Shown here: positions 1-8,680 of the stretch, in pieces
Layout: each line of letters begins with the position of its first letter
Position numbering within the stretch: position 1 is the first letter of the stretch
Source: an uncultured Actinomycetes bacterium
Lineage (GTDB): Bacteria; Actinomycetota; Thermoleophilia; Gaiellales; Gaiellaceae
Assembly: GCA_963769665.1 (NCBI GenBank)
Contig: CAVYMQ010000002.1
Location: 42,478-106,477, forward strand
Direction: 5' to 3'
DNA length: 64,000 nt
Made by a program: the position numbers and the translations under genes
The notes under the pieces: model-generated
What the model saw: the letters and a program-made list of their open reading frames with translations, nothing else
Told to the model about the DNA's origin: nothing
Database searches by the model: none

Positions 1-1
1 C

Positions 2-1045
2 AACCCCGGCTTCTCGACCTCGGGACTCTCTGCCGTCGCCTCGGAATACTACGCCGCCACCGGGAAACGGTCGGGGCTGAGCCTGGCCGACGTCCGGCGT
101 CCGGACGTACGCGCCGCCGTACGGAGGGTCGAACGATCGATCGTGCACTACGGCGAGACGGCGAACGATCTCATCGAGAAGATGGATCTTTACGGCCAGC
201 CCTATGCGCACGCGGTGTACGCGCAGGAGACCACCGTGCGCGGCTACGACAGGCTCGTCCGAATCAAGCCCGCGGACGGCACCTTCGTCGCCGACTATCC
301 GCTGATCGCGCTCGAAGCTCCGTGGGTCAGCGCAAGCGCACGAGCGGCGGCGCGGGCGTTCCGCCGCTGGCTCGTCCCGAAGATCACGGCCGAGAACGCG
401 GCCGAGAGCGGCTTCGACATCCGTCGCCCGACCGGCCTCGTCGAGCTCGAGCCGCCGGAGCCGGAGGTGCTCGCCGCGATCCAGGACGCGTGGCACGAAG
501 ACCGCCCGCCCGCCAACATCGTGCTGGTCGTGGACACGTCGGCGTCGATGGCGACGCGCGGGCGCCTCGAGGCTGCCCAGCAGGGGCTGCTCTCGTTCCT
601 GGACGAGCTCTCGCCGGAGGACCGGGTCGCGCTCGTCACCTCCGGCGACTCGAAGACGATTGTCCGGCTGGGCGCGCAAGAGAGCAAGGCGGCGGTGTCC
701 CGCGCGGTGCGCGCTCTGTTCGCCGACGGCAACGAACCGGTCTACCCGGCGGTCTCGCGTGCGCTCGACGACGTACGCACGCTCGACGACCCGGACCGCA
801 TCAACGCTGTCGTCGTGCTCTCCGACGGTGCCGGCACGGACGTCGGTCGGAAGCACCTGTTGCGAAAGATTGCGCAGGAGCCGGTCACCGAAGGCACCGG
901 CGTCCGCATCTTCACCGTCGCGTACGGCAACCGGGCAGACGCCGACGAGCTCCGGCAGATTGCAGCGGACTCGGGCGGCACTTTCTTCCCGGCCGGCCCA
1001 AAGGACATCAAGGACGTCTACCGGGAGATCTCTTCCCATTTCTGA
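2..1045 (+). CDS. von Willebrand factor A (VWA) domain protein, 5' end outside window
   Basis: The frame is open from nt 2 with no stop. It has a MIDAS-like VLVVDTSASM motif, then VVVLSDG and FTVAYG as in the VWA fold. GC3 is high. Confidence 0.8.
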   Translation, partial: NPGFSTSGLSAVASEYYAATGKRSGLSLADVRRPDVRAAVRRVERSIVHYGETANDLIEKMDLYGQPYAHAVYAQETTVRGYDRLVRIKPADGTFVADYPLIALEAPWVSASARAAARAFRRWLVPKITAENAAESGFDIRRPTGLVELEPPEPEVLAAIQDAWHEDRPPANIVLVVDTSASMATRGRLEAAQQGLLSFLDELSPEDRVALVTSGDSKTIVRLGAQESKAAVSRAVRALFADGNEPVYPAVSRALDDVRTLDDPDRINAVVVLSDGAGTDVGRKHLLRKIAQEPVTEGTGVRIFTVAYGNRADADELRQIAADSGGTFFPAGPKDIKDVYREISSHF

Positions 1046-1052
1046 GACAGTC

Positions 1053-2165
1053 GTGAGAGAGATCGGCCGCTACCGAGTCGAGCGCGTGATCGGACGAGGC
1101 GGGGTGGCGATCGTCCATCTCGCCCATCAACCGGACCTCGAGCGGCCGGTGGCGCTGAAGGAGCTCGCCGGCCTCTCGGCGACGGATCCGACCGCGACAA
1201 CGCGATTTCTGCGCGAGGCCAGGCTCGGCGGCTCGCTTGAGAGTCCCAACATCGTCACCGTGTACGAGTACTTCGAGCACGGCGGCGTGCCTTACATCGC
1301 GATGGAGTTCCTGGCCCGGGGCTCGCTCCGGCCGCTCGTCGGGAGGCTGACGGACGAGCAGGTCGTCGGCGTCGTCGACGGCATCCTTGCCGGCCTCGCC
1401 GACGCTCACGAGAAGGAAATCGTCCACCGTGATCTCAAGCCGGAGAACGTGATGAGGACTCACGACGGAAGAGTGAAGATCGCCGACTTCGGGATCGCGA
1501 CCGCCTACGACGAGCTGGAGAACGCCAACCTGACGCCGCTCGGCGAGTTCGTCGGCGCCCCCGGCTACGTCTCTCCGGAGCAGGTGCTGGGGAAGGACGC
1601 GACAGCCGCAAGCGACCTCTATTCGGTCGGCGTGATCGCCTTCGAGCTCTTCACCGGCGCCGTGCCGTTCGCGGAGACGGGCGGCGGGAGCGCGCTGCTC
1701 GTCAGCAAGGTGAATCAGCGAGCGCCCAGCCTGTCGTCGCTCCGCCCCGACCTCGACAAGCGGCTGGCCGACTGGGTCGACAACCTGCTCGAGCGCGATC
1801 CCGGTCGGCGTCCGGACGGGGCAGCCGCGGTCGGCGAGGCGCTCGAGGACGTGGCTGAGGCCGCGCTCGGATCCCGTTGGCGGCGCACTGCGGTGCTGCC
1901 AAGCGGTCAGCCGGCGCTCGTCGACCCGGTGCAGACGCAGACGCTGCACACATTCGAGCTCGCACGCCTGCGGCTCGCGAAAGCACTGACCCGACCGCTG
2001 AACCTTGTTCTGCCCGGGCTCGTGATCGTGGCCGGCATTTTATGGGCGCAGTGGCTCTTCCTCGTTGCCGCACTGTTGTACCTCGTGCTTGTCCTGATCA
2101 GCTACTTCGACGAGGCCGAGGCTCACCGGGTGGCCGAGGCGCGAAGGCGCGGTCAGCGAGCGTGA
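1053..2165 (+). CDS. Ser/Thr protein kinase with C-terminal transmembrane segment
   Basis: GTG at 1053 lies 8 nt after the upstream stop, and the listed ORF 660..2165 is an out-of-phase 5' extension. Motifs are GRGGVAIV (Gly loop), VALK, HRDLKPEN, DFG and SPE. The tail LVIVAGILWAQWLFLVAALLYLVLVLI is hydrophobic. Confidence 0.9.
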   Translation: MREIGRYRVERVIGRGGVAIVHLAHQPDLERPVALKELAGLSATDPTATTRFLREARLGGSLESPNIVTVYEYFEHGGVPYIAMEFLARGSLRPLVGRLTDEQVVGVVDGILAGLADAHEKEIVHRDLKPENVMRTHDGRVKIADFGIATAYDELENANLTPLGEFVGAPGYVSPEQVLGKDATAASDLYSVGVIAFELFTGAVPFAETGGGSALLVSKVNQRAPSLSSLRPDLDKRLADWVDNLLERDPGRRPDGAAAVGEALEDVAEAALGSRWRRTAVLPSGQPALVDPVQTQTLHTFELARLRLAKALTRPLNLVLPGLVIVAGILWAQWLFLVAALLYLVLVLISYFDEAEAHRVAEARRRGQRA

Positions 2166-2212
2166 CCGACAATCGTGGCCTTGATCGCGACAGTTGATCG
2201 CAACAGCCTCAA

Positions 2213-2364
2213 GCGATCTACCGTCTGTACTACCGAACCGAGCGAACTTTGCGTGAGTGGAAAGCAGCGAGCCAGGCCCAACGGAGCCGGATGTGTTCCA
2301 CCCGATGTCGTTCAGCCGTTATCGCACCCAGGAGGTCGCCGGTTCGAGCCCGGCTGGCTCCACC
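2213..2364 (+). repeat. tRNA-Ala(CGC) 3'-half-containing 150-nt element, copy 1 (possible tRNA-like sRNA or att-type site)
   Basis: 5' module GCGATCTACCGTCTGTACTACCGAACCGAGCGAA. The 3' part TATCGCACCCAGGAGGTCGCCGGTTCGAGCCCGGCTGGCTCCA corresponds to anticodon loop T-CGC-A, stem CCAGG, variable AGGTC, T arm and acceptor 3' strand. There is no D arm and no 5' anticodon stem. Confidence 0.85.
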
Positions 2365-2366
2365 TC

Positions 2367-2392
2367 AAACCCCTGCTAGGCGGGGCTTTTTT
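2367..2392 (+). terminator. intrinsic terminator following repeat copy 1
   Basis: AAACCCCTGC-TAG-GCGGGG hairpin followed by C and a T6 run at 2387-2392. Confidence 0.7.
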
Positions 2393-2627
2393 GCACGTCA
2401 AGCCCGTGGCACACGGGGCGACGTCAACCGTGCTGAGGAGCCCTGTTCCGAGGCCGCACCCTCCGATCGAAAGCCCGACCGCTGGCCGGGTAGCGCTCGT
2501 CCTTCAGTTGTGGAGTCGAGGCGCAGTGCAAGGCACAGTGCCACACACAGTGCCGGCCACCGAGCTCACCATTGTCGAACGGCTGGCGCCGAGATCGTTC
2601 TCGCCCGGCGCAAGCCGGCGCGCGGAG

Positions 2628-3377
2628 ATGAAGGACGTGCTGATCGCGCTCACGCTCTCCGATCTCCGTGCGCGCTACGGTCGCGGGCCATGGCGACTCG
2701 GGAAGTGGTTGCTCGATCCCTTCGCGGTCGTCGGCGTCTACCTCCTGCTGGTCACCTTTGTCCTGAATCGCTCGGGGAGCGCTCCCGGCCTGAGCCTCGC
2801 GTGTGCCGTGGTTCCGTTCCAGCTCATCATGTCGACGGTCATCAACGCGATGGGAGCCGTTGAATCGCGGCGGGCGATCATCCTCAACATGGGATTTCGA
2901 CGCTCACTCATTCCCGTGTCTGCCGTGATGACGGAATCTGTCGCCTTCGCGGGAAGCTTGGTCCTACTTCCCCTCATGATGGCTGCATACCAGCTGGGTC
3001 CGGCGACCTCGCTCGTTTGGCTGCCTCTCGTCCTCGCTTCAAACCTCGCCTTTGCATTTGGCTTGGCCTATCCCGCATCGCTCTTCGGGCTCGCTTTCCG
3101 CGATCTCCGCATAATCGCGGTGAGCCTCGTCCGCACGGCCTTCTTTCTTGCGGCCGGGCTGGTCGCGTTGAGCGAGATCCCTGGGCGGACCGGCGAGCTT
3201 GTGCGGCTGAACCCCCTCACCGCAATCTTCGAGTCGTACCGCGACGTCTTCCTGTTCCAGCAGCGGCCCGCAGCCTGGGAGCTCCTCTACCCGGTGGTGA
3301 CGGGGCTCGTGCTGCTCGTGGTCTTCGTCCCGGTCTACCGTCGTGAGCAACAGCACTTCGCGAAGGTGCTCGAGTGA
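2628..3377 (+). CDS. ABC-2 type (Wzm-like) glycan export permease
   Basis: ATG at 2628 lies inside ORF 2175..3377, and the upstream part of that ORF runs through the tRNA-like repeat. It has an LSDLRARYG motif near the N-terminus and multiple hydrophobic helices. The stop overlaps the ATPase start. Confidence 0.8.
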   Translation: MKDVLIALTLSDLRARYGRGPWRLGKWLLDPFAVVGVYLLLVTFVLNRSGSAPGLSLACAVVPFQLIMSTVINAMGAVESRRAIILNMGFRRSLIPVSAVMTESVAFAGSLVLLPLMMAAYQLGPATSLVWLPLVLASNLAFAFGLAYPASLFGLAFRDLRIIAVSLVRTAFFLAAGLVALSEIPGRTGELVRLNPLTAIFESYRDVFLFQQRPAAWELLYPVVTGLVLLVVFVPVYRREQQHFAKVLE

Positions 3378-4087
3378 GCGTTGCGATCAACGGCGATGAG
3401 GTGGGGGTCCGCTTCCTGCTGGATCGCCAGCGCAGACCAGTCACGCCTGCGGTTGCCCGGTTGCGGCGGCATGTCTCTGAGATCTGGGCCTTGCGCGGAG
3501 TCAGTCTTTCCATCGGCCCCGGAGAAGCCGTCGCCCTGCTGGGGTCGAGTGGGGCCGGCAAGACGACTCTCTTGCGCTCGATTGCGGGCGTCCTCCCGGT
3601 CGACGCCGGGAAGCTGGACGTTCGGGGGCGCGTGGGCGCGCTGCTGTCGACAGCCGCCGGGCTCGTCGGCCTGCTCACCGGTCGCGAGAACGCGCTGCTA
3701 CTCGGCGTTCTGGCGGGTCTGTCCGTGGCGGAGTCACGCGAAGCGCTCGAGGTTGTCAAGAGCGAGAGCGGTCTTGGAGACGCTTTCGAGCGACCGGTGG
3801 CGAGCTATTCGCAAGGCATGCGCGCGCGGCTTGGATTCGTGGCGGCGGAGAGCGCGGCCACGAACATCCTCCTCCTCGATGAAGTGCATGAAGCACTCGA
3901 TCACGACTTTCGACAACGCGTAGAGCGGCGGGCCAAGCAGATCGTCGAGTCGGGTGGCATCGTCGTCGTCGCCGGCCACGACCACCCGCTCCTCGAGCGG
4001 CTCTGTCCGCGCGCCGTGCTGATGACGAACGGGAAGGTAACCGCTGACGGGAGTTTCGAGGAGGTTCGACGTACCTATCTCGGATGA
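3374..4087 (+). CDS. ABC transporter ATP-binding protein (Wzt/TagH-like)
   Basis: Walker A GSSGAGKTT, signature YSQGM, Walker B ILLLDE. GTGA start/stop overlap with the permease gene. Confidence 0.9.
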   Translation: MSVAINGDEVGVRFLLDRQRRPVTPAVARLRRHVSEIWALRGVSLSIGPGEAVALLGSSGAGKTTLLRSIAGVLPVDAGKLDVRGRVGALLSTAAGLVGLLTGRENALLLGVLAGLSVAESREALEVVKSESGLGDAFERPVASYSQGMRARLGFVAAESAATNILLLDEVHEALDHDFRQRVERRAKQIVESGGIVVVAGHDHPLLERLCPRAVLMTNGKVTADGSFEEVRRTYLG

Positions 4088-4109
4088 GCGCGGCACCCCT
4101 GGGACGCTC

Positions 4110-5018
4110 ATGACGCCCGAGCTCGCATGCGCAGTGCTCAGCTTTCGCGACGAGCCCGGCTTGATCGATGCGGTTCGGTCTGTCCTCGATCAGTCCGACC
4201 CAGTCGAGGTGGTCGTGGCGAACTCGGGCGGCGGTGACCCGGCGGCGCGGCTCGCCGCTGCTGGAATCGACCTGCGCGTGATCAGTTTTGAGGAGCGCCT
4301 ATATCCAGGTGGGGTGCGTAACGTCGGAATCGAGGCGACGGAAGCGCCATACGTCGCCTTCCTGGCTGCTGACTGCATCGCCGAGCCGGGATGGGTGGCG
4401 GGACGACTCCGCGAGCACCGTGCAGGCGCGGCAGCGGTCGCAAGCTCGGTTTGGAACGCGTTCCCGGATTCGACGTGCGCTTGGGCGTCGCTTCTCCTCC
4501 TTCACAGCCGTCTTACGGAGCTCAACAAACCCGGGCAGCGGCTGCTGTACGGGCTCTCGTACGACCGCCGTCTATTTGAGCGCTACGGCCTCTTCCGCGA
4601 GGATCTCCGAGCCGGAGAGGACACCGAGTTCAACGCCCGGCTCGGGCCTGAAGCGCGGGTGGTCGCCGCACGCGGTGTTCGAACGGCGCATCGCTATCCA
4701 ACCGAAATTCCTGCGATGCTGCAGGACGCATATCGTCGGGGACGCCTCCAGGCTGCGATGTTGGGCGCGATCGCAGGTGGTGGCAGCCCAAAAACTGCGA
4801 CCGTCGTCAGCCGGGGTCCGCAGAACATTCTGCGATCGTTCAGGTGCGCTTGGCGGGCGCCAAGAGAGCAACGGCGTCGCTTTCTCAGCGCTTGGCCGTT
4901 GGTCCCTGTCGCCGGAGTCGTGTACGCGGCGGGTGCGGTTTCCGCGCGCTGGCGGCCTTACGACGGCTTTGATGCCGTGAAACCCGCGCGGCGTGTGACC
5001 GAGAATGTACGCGCGTAG
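4110..5018 (+). CDS. glycosyltransferase family 2
   Basis: N-terminal CAVLSFRDEP...VVVANSGG Rossmann-like start, FLAADC acidic motif and GEDTEF motif. It sits in a glycan gene cluster. Confidence 0.75.
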   Translation: MTPELACAVLSFRDEPGLIDAVRSVLDQSDPVEVVVANSGGGDPAARLAAAGIDLRVISFEERLYPGGVRNVGIEATEAPYVAFLAADCIAEPGWVAGRLREHRAGAAAVASSVWNAFPDSTCAWASLLLLHSRLTELNKPGQRLLYGLSYDRRLFERYGLFREDLRAGEDTEFNARLGPEARVVAARGVRTAHRYPTEIPAMLQDAYRRGRLQAAMLGAIAGGGSPKTATVVSRGPQNILRSFRCAWRAPREQRRRFLSAWPLVPVAGVVYAAGAVSARWRPYDGFDAVKPARRVTENVRA

Positions 5019-5066
5019 TTTCGGCGGGTACGCCGCACGGTCGTACCTCGTCGTGTCGCGAGTCAA

Positions 5067-5843
5067 CTAGGTGTATCCGCGTCGGCGATCGATCGGCGTG
5101 AGACGCAACTGTCGCTCATCCGTTAAGTACCCATAGCCAATGCGCTGCCACCGAGCATTGGGATCGGCGAGCTCGTAACGGCGCCGACGTGCCAAGCGGT
5201 CTTCGCGCTCGATCATCCCGAGGTGATAGATCGTGATGTCAGCGAGTGGAAACCAGCGGCCGAATCGGCGGGATTGAAGAGGAGCCTTGATGCCGTGGAA
5301 CGGCGTTTGATCGAACGCATGGTCCTCGCGCGCCTTGTAGAGCCGAACCACGGTTTTCCGGCCCCAGCGTCCGTCGGAACGAAATCCGGAGGTCGAGTCC
5401 CATAGCTCGCGAAGCCGCACGGAGTACGCCCGAAGCCCGAAGAAGCGTCCGCGATGAATTACGCGCTCGGCGCGGACGCGGAAATCGCGTTCGAGGCGCT
5501 CGTCTGCGTCGATGCTGAGAATCCAGTCTGCGCGGTGGCGTATCGCTGCATTGACGAGTGCGCGGTGGTTTCCCACTTCGTCCCAAACAGGCCGGTCAGC
5601 CGGGACGCGGAGAAGCTCGAGCACACTCTCGCAAGCCTCCAAGAACTCTGCCGAGCCGTCTCGGGAACCGTCGTCGAGCGCAACGATCCCGTCGACGTGC
5701 GGAGCGACGTTGGTGATGAAACCGGGGAGGTAGTGCATCTCGTCTCGTACCGGGACGAGCGCGAGCAGGCGGACGCGTCGTCGGTCGGCCGTATCTGGGC
5801 CGCCCGAAGGGACTGCGGGGAGCCGGAGCAGGCGCTCGAGCAC
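5067..5843 (-). CDS. glycosyltransferase 2-like protein (paralog A of 10296..11075)
   Basis: DDGSRDGS and DADE motifs. I chose GTG at 5843 because the longer ORF to 6320 is Arg/Pro-rich and overlaps the upstream GT2 gene. It aligns over its full length with the product of 10296..11075. Confidence 0.75.
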   Translation of the reverse strand: MLERLLRLPAVPSGGPDTADRRRVRLLALVPVRDEMHYLPGFITNVAPHVDGIVALDDGSRDGSAEFLEACESVLELLRVPADRPVWDEVGNHRALVNAAIRHRADWILSIDADERLERDFRVRAERVIHRGRFFGLRAYSVRLRELWDSTSGFRSDGRWGRKTVVRLYKAREDHAFDQTPFHGIKAPLQSRRFGRWFPLADITIYHLGMIEREDRLARRRRYELADPNARWQRIGYGYLTDERQLRLTPIDRRRGYT

Positions 5844-5911
5844 GACCAGATTCTCGTAGCTTAGCTCGGCGATGCCATCAGACCGCCGACTAGTCGTGTC
5901 TGGACGGTTAG

Positions 5912-6841
5912 CTACTCGAGGCCGGCGCTGCGGTCGCCCGACCGCGCGCGGCGCCGATCGAGTAGGTGCGCCGCGAGGCCCGCGGGGACCGCCGCGATGG
6001 ACGTGAGCAGGTGCACAACATGGAGGCCGACGCCGACAATCGCGCCTCCCGCGCCCTGTCGCCGGAGGAGGAGCGCGTAGAAGCGGCGGTTGAGCGCGAG
6101 GAACGCAAGCGAAGAACCGGCGGCGATAACAGGGCGGCGGCGGATCAGCGCCCCGAGCGTCAGCAGACAGGCGAGTGCGCTCAAGCGATGCCTCCAACCG
6201 AGGTTCAGCGCCCGCGACATCGTTCGCTTGCGGGCGAGCAGAACCACCCACGGCACGCCGCGACCGAGAAAATCGGTCCGGATCATCGTTCCGAGCGTCC
6301 AGCGCTTCAAGTGGGTGCACTGAAGCTCCGGGTCGAGCAGAATACGCCCTCCGGCCGCCGACACCCGCATTCCGAGATCGACGTCTTCCAACGTCGAAAG
6401 GCGCTCGTCGAAGCCGCCGACGTCGGCGAAAATCTGCCGGCGGATTGCACCCAAGCCGGTCGAGAATGTCGTCGCGGGCCCCGCGGACGATTGATGAACG
6501 TGGTGGTGGAGGAGGTTTCGGAAGACGGAGACCGTCCCTACCGCCGGCGGCTCGTCGTCGAACGAGCCAAAGACTGCTGCCAGCCCGGCGTCGGCGAACG
6601 TTGCACGCAGCCTCTGAAAGGCGTCGGGGTGCACGACGACGTCTGCGTCGACGAAGACGAGGATCTCCCCGTTCGCTCGCCCTGCGCCGTCGTTTCGAGC
6701 TGAGGCCGGTGCCGCGAGCGCCGGTTCATGGACAACGATCACTTCCTCCGGCGGCTCTTCTGCGCACTTGATGGCGTGGAGACACCGCTCGAGCGTCGGC
6801 GGGCGATCCGTCGCCGGAACGATGACGCTGAGGCTGGGCAC
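5912..6841 (-). CDS. glycosyltransferase family 2 with C-terminal membrane segments
   Basis: SVIVPATDRPPTLERCL, ARNDGAGRANGEILVFVDADV and hydrophobic C-terminal helices. Confidence 0.85.
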   Translation of the reverse strand: MPSLSVIVPATDRPPTLERCLHAIKCAEEPPEEVIVVHEPALAAPASARNDGAGRANGEILVFVDADVVVHPDAFQRLRATFADAGLAAVFGSFDDEPPAVGTVSVFRNLLHHHVHQSSAGPATTFSTGLGAIRRQIFADVGGFDERLSTLEDVDLGMRVSAAGGRILLDPELQCTHLKRWTLGTMIRTDFLGRGVPWVVLLARKRTMSRALNLGWRHRLSALACLLTLGALIRRRPVIAAGSSLAFLALNRRFYALLLRRQGAGGAIVGVGLHVVHLLTSIAAVPAGLAAHLLDRRRARSGDRSAGLE

Positions 6842-6909
6842 CGCTCGATTCTAGGAACGTACAGCGGCCGCAGAGCTGGACGTTTGCATCGGCGGGTTAC
6901 GCTTTTTGG

Positions 6910-8580
6910 ATGGTCGGTCTCGCGTCTCGCCTCGCCGGAATGCAGCTGCGCCGACCGCTCGAGGCGGTAACCGAGACGGTTCGGCGTTTCGCGCTCGAGC
7001 CCGCGTACATCGCGCTCGTTCTGATTTGCATCGGCCTGATTCTTCGCATCGCCAACTTCGCGAGCAACGCGTCGCTGTGGCTCGACGAAGCGTTGCTCGC
7101 ACTCAACCTCCGGAATCGAGACTTCTCCGGCGTCTTGGGGACGCTCGACTTTCACCAGACTGCGCCGCCCCTGCACCTGATTGCGCACAAGGCGTCGGTT
7201 CTCGTTCTCGGTGACAGCGAGTACGCGCTGCGGGCGTTCCCACTCATGGCCGGGATCGCAGCGCTTGCGTTGTTTCCCGCCGTCGCCCGCCACTTCCTCG
7301 ACCGCTGGGCGGCTGTCCTCGCGCTCGGCCTCTTCGTCGTGCTCGGGCCGCTGATCGCGATCTCGGGCCAGGTGAAGCATTACTCAACCGACGTCGCAGT
7401 CGCCATCCTCCTCCTCTACGCGATCTCGCGGTTTCCGGCGTCGCGTCCGCTCCGGCTGCATGAAGCGGTGGCGTTCGGATGTGTCGGGGCCGTCGCGCCC
7501 TGGCTCTCGTACCCTGCGATTTTCTATCTCGCGGGTTTCGGCGTTGTCGTTGTCGGAGCGATCATCGCCCGACGACGGTGGCGCTCGTTGCCGACGCTCG
7601 TGATTCCGGCCGCGCTCTGGACTGCAAGCGTCGTGCTGTTGCTGTTCTACGCCCTCGATCGCGTTCGCGCGGTGCAGACGTCGCTGCGTGGAGACCCGAA
7701 CGCCTATGCCCCGCTTGCGTCGAGCGGGTCCGACTTGAGATGGTTCGTCGACGCGCCGGAACAGCTGCTCCGCGAATCTGCCGGACTCGCGTACGTGCCT
7801 GTCGCTACTGCGCTCGCGCTCGTCGGTCTCGCGTCGCTTCTCAGGCGCGACCCGGAGCGCGGACTGCTCCTCGCTTCGCCGCTGCTCTTCGCCGTCGTCG
7901 CATCCGCTCTCGACAAGTATCCGTTCGGCGGAAGGTTCAGCTTCTTTTACGTTCCTGTGCTGGTGTGCCTCGTGGCCGGAGGCGTCGATGCGATTGCGAA
8001 AGTCGCTGGCCTGTTCGTTCGACGTTTCGGAGGTCCGCGACTGACCGCCGCGACGGCGGTCGTGACCGGCCTCGCGCTCGTTGCCGTCATCGGACACACG
8101 TCCGCGCGCTCTGCCGCTCGAAACCTCGTTGCCCCGTCGGGACGCGAGGAGATCAAGCCGCTGCTCGAGCGCATGCAGCGCGAATGGAAGCGCGGGGACG
8201 CCGTCTACGTGTACTTCGCTGCTCAATACGCGTTTCGGTACTACGCCGAATGCAACGATTGCGGAGTCGCCGACCGCACCGGCGCGACGCGTGAGCTCTG
8301 GGCGCGCGTGCGGCCCACGGAAGGGCGGGAAGGGTGGGCACGGGCGGTAGCCTCACGTCCGCCGAAGCTCGTCGTCGCGACGGAAAGCAGTAACCACGTC
8401 GCCGAGCTGAACGGCTTGCGGGGAGAGGAGCGGGTCTGGGCGCTCTTTTCGCATGTCGGCGGTCGCCATCAGGCGATCGTCGCGGCCGTCGTCGCTCGTC
8501 TTGATGCGCTCGGAAGGCGCGTCTCGAAGCGCGAGACGAAGGGAGCCGTTTTGTACCTCTACGACCTCGGGAGCCGGTAG
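6910..8580 (+). CDS. membrane glycosyltransferase, GT39/ArnT-like (PMT family)
   Basis: About 10 or more hydrophobic helices, an N-terminal RIANFASNASLWLDEALLALNL motif typical of ArnT/PMT-type enzymes, and a soluble C-terminal domain. Confidence 0.7.
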   Translation: MVGLASRLAGMQLRRPLEAVTETVRRFALEPAYIALVLICIGLILRIANFASNASLWLDEALLALNLRNRDFSGVLGTLDFHQTAPPLHLIAHKASVLVLGDSEYALRAFPLMAGIAALALFPAVARHFLDRWAAVLALGLFVVLGPLIAISGQVKHYSTDVAVAILLLYAISRFPASRPLRLHEAVAFGCVGAVAPWLSYPAIFYLAGFGVVVVGAIIARRRWRSLPTLVIPAALWTASVVLLLFYALDRVRAVQTSLRGDPNAYAPLASSGSDLRWFVDAPEQLLRESAGLAYVPVATALALVGLASLLRRDPERGLLLASPLLFAVVASALDKYPFGGRFSFFYVPVLVCLVAGGVDAIAKVAGLFVRRFGGPRLTAATAVVTGLALVAVIGHTSARSAARNLVAPSGREEIKPLLERMQREWKRGDAVYVYFAAQYAFRYYAECNDCGVADRTGATRELWARVRPTEGREGWARAVASRPPKLVVATESSNHVAELNGLRGEERVWALFSHVGGRHQAIVAAVVARLDALGRRVSKRETKGAVLYLYDLGSR

Positions 8581-8680
8581 CGACGCGAGCAACCCTGGTC
8601 CGGAGCGACAGTCGGCCGCTGCGAACCAGTACTTTCGGGGGAAGAGAAGCTGGAAGCTGCGCGCTTGAATCGGGCGTCTA

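Noticed and set aside
2283-2362. Possible intact tRNA gene, with a GGAGCCG/TGGCTCC acceptor stem, a perfect T arm and a CGC anticodon context.
   Set aside because: There is no D stem-loop. The 5' anticodon stem (CCGTT) pairs with CCAGG at only 2 of 5 positions. Position 3 is A rather than the G needed for the Ala G3:U70 identity pair. Total length is 80 nt. I treat it as a tRNA-derived element, not a tRNA.
2213-2364. tmRNA or two-piece tmRNA, given the Ala-type acceptor/T-arm 3' end.
   Set aside because: There is no GGGGCUGA-type 5' end, no tag reading frame and no pseudoknot-rich body. At 150 nt it is too short, and four copies are present.
2175-2627. N-terminal 151 codons of listed ORF 2175..3377. 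The same applies to 12226..12963 of ORF 12226..13584 and to ORF 28982..29458.
   Set aside because: These stretches read straight through the tRNA-half repeats and give the tell-tale GGRRFEPGWLH translation. They have no protein-like composition, and the real genes start at internal ATGs.
5844-6320. Long N-terminal extension of the minus-strand GT2-like ORF 5067..6320.
   Set aside because: It is Arg/Pro/Ala-rich and low-complexity, and it overlaps the well-supported GT2 gene 5912..6841 on the same strand. The paralog at 10296 is only 259 aa.
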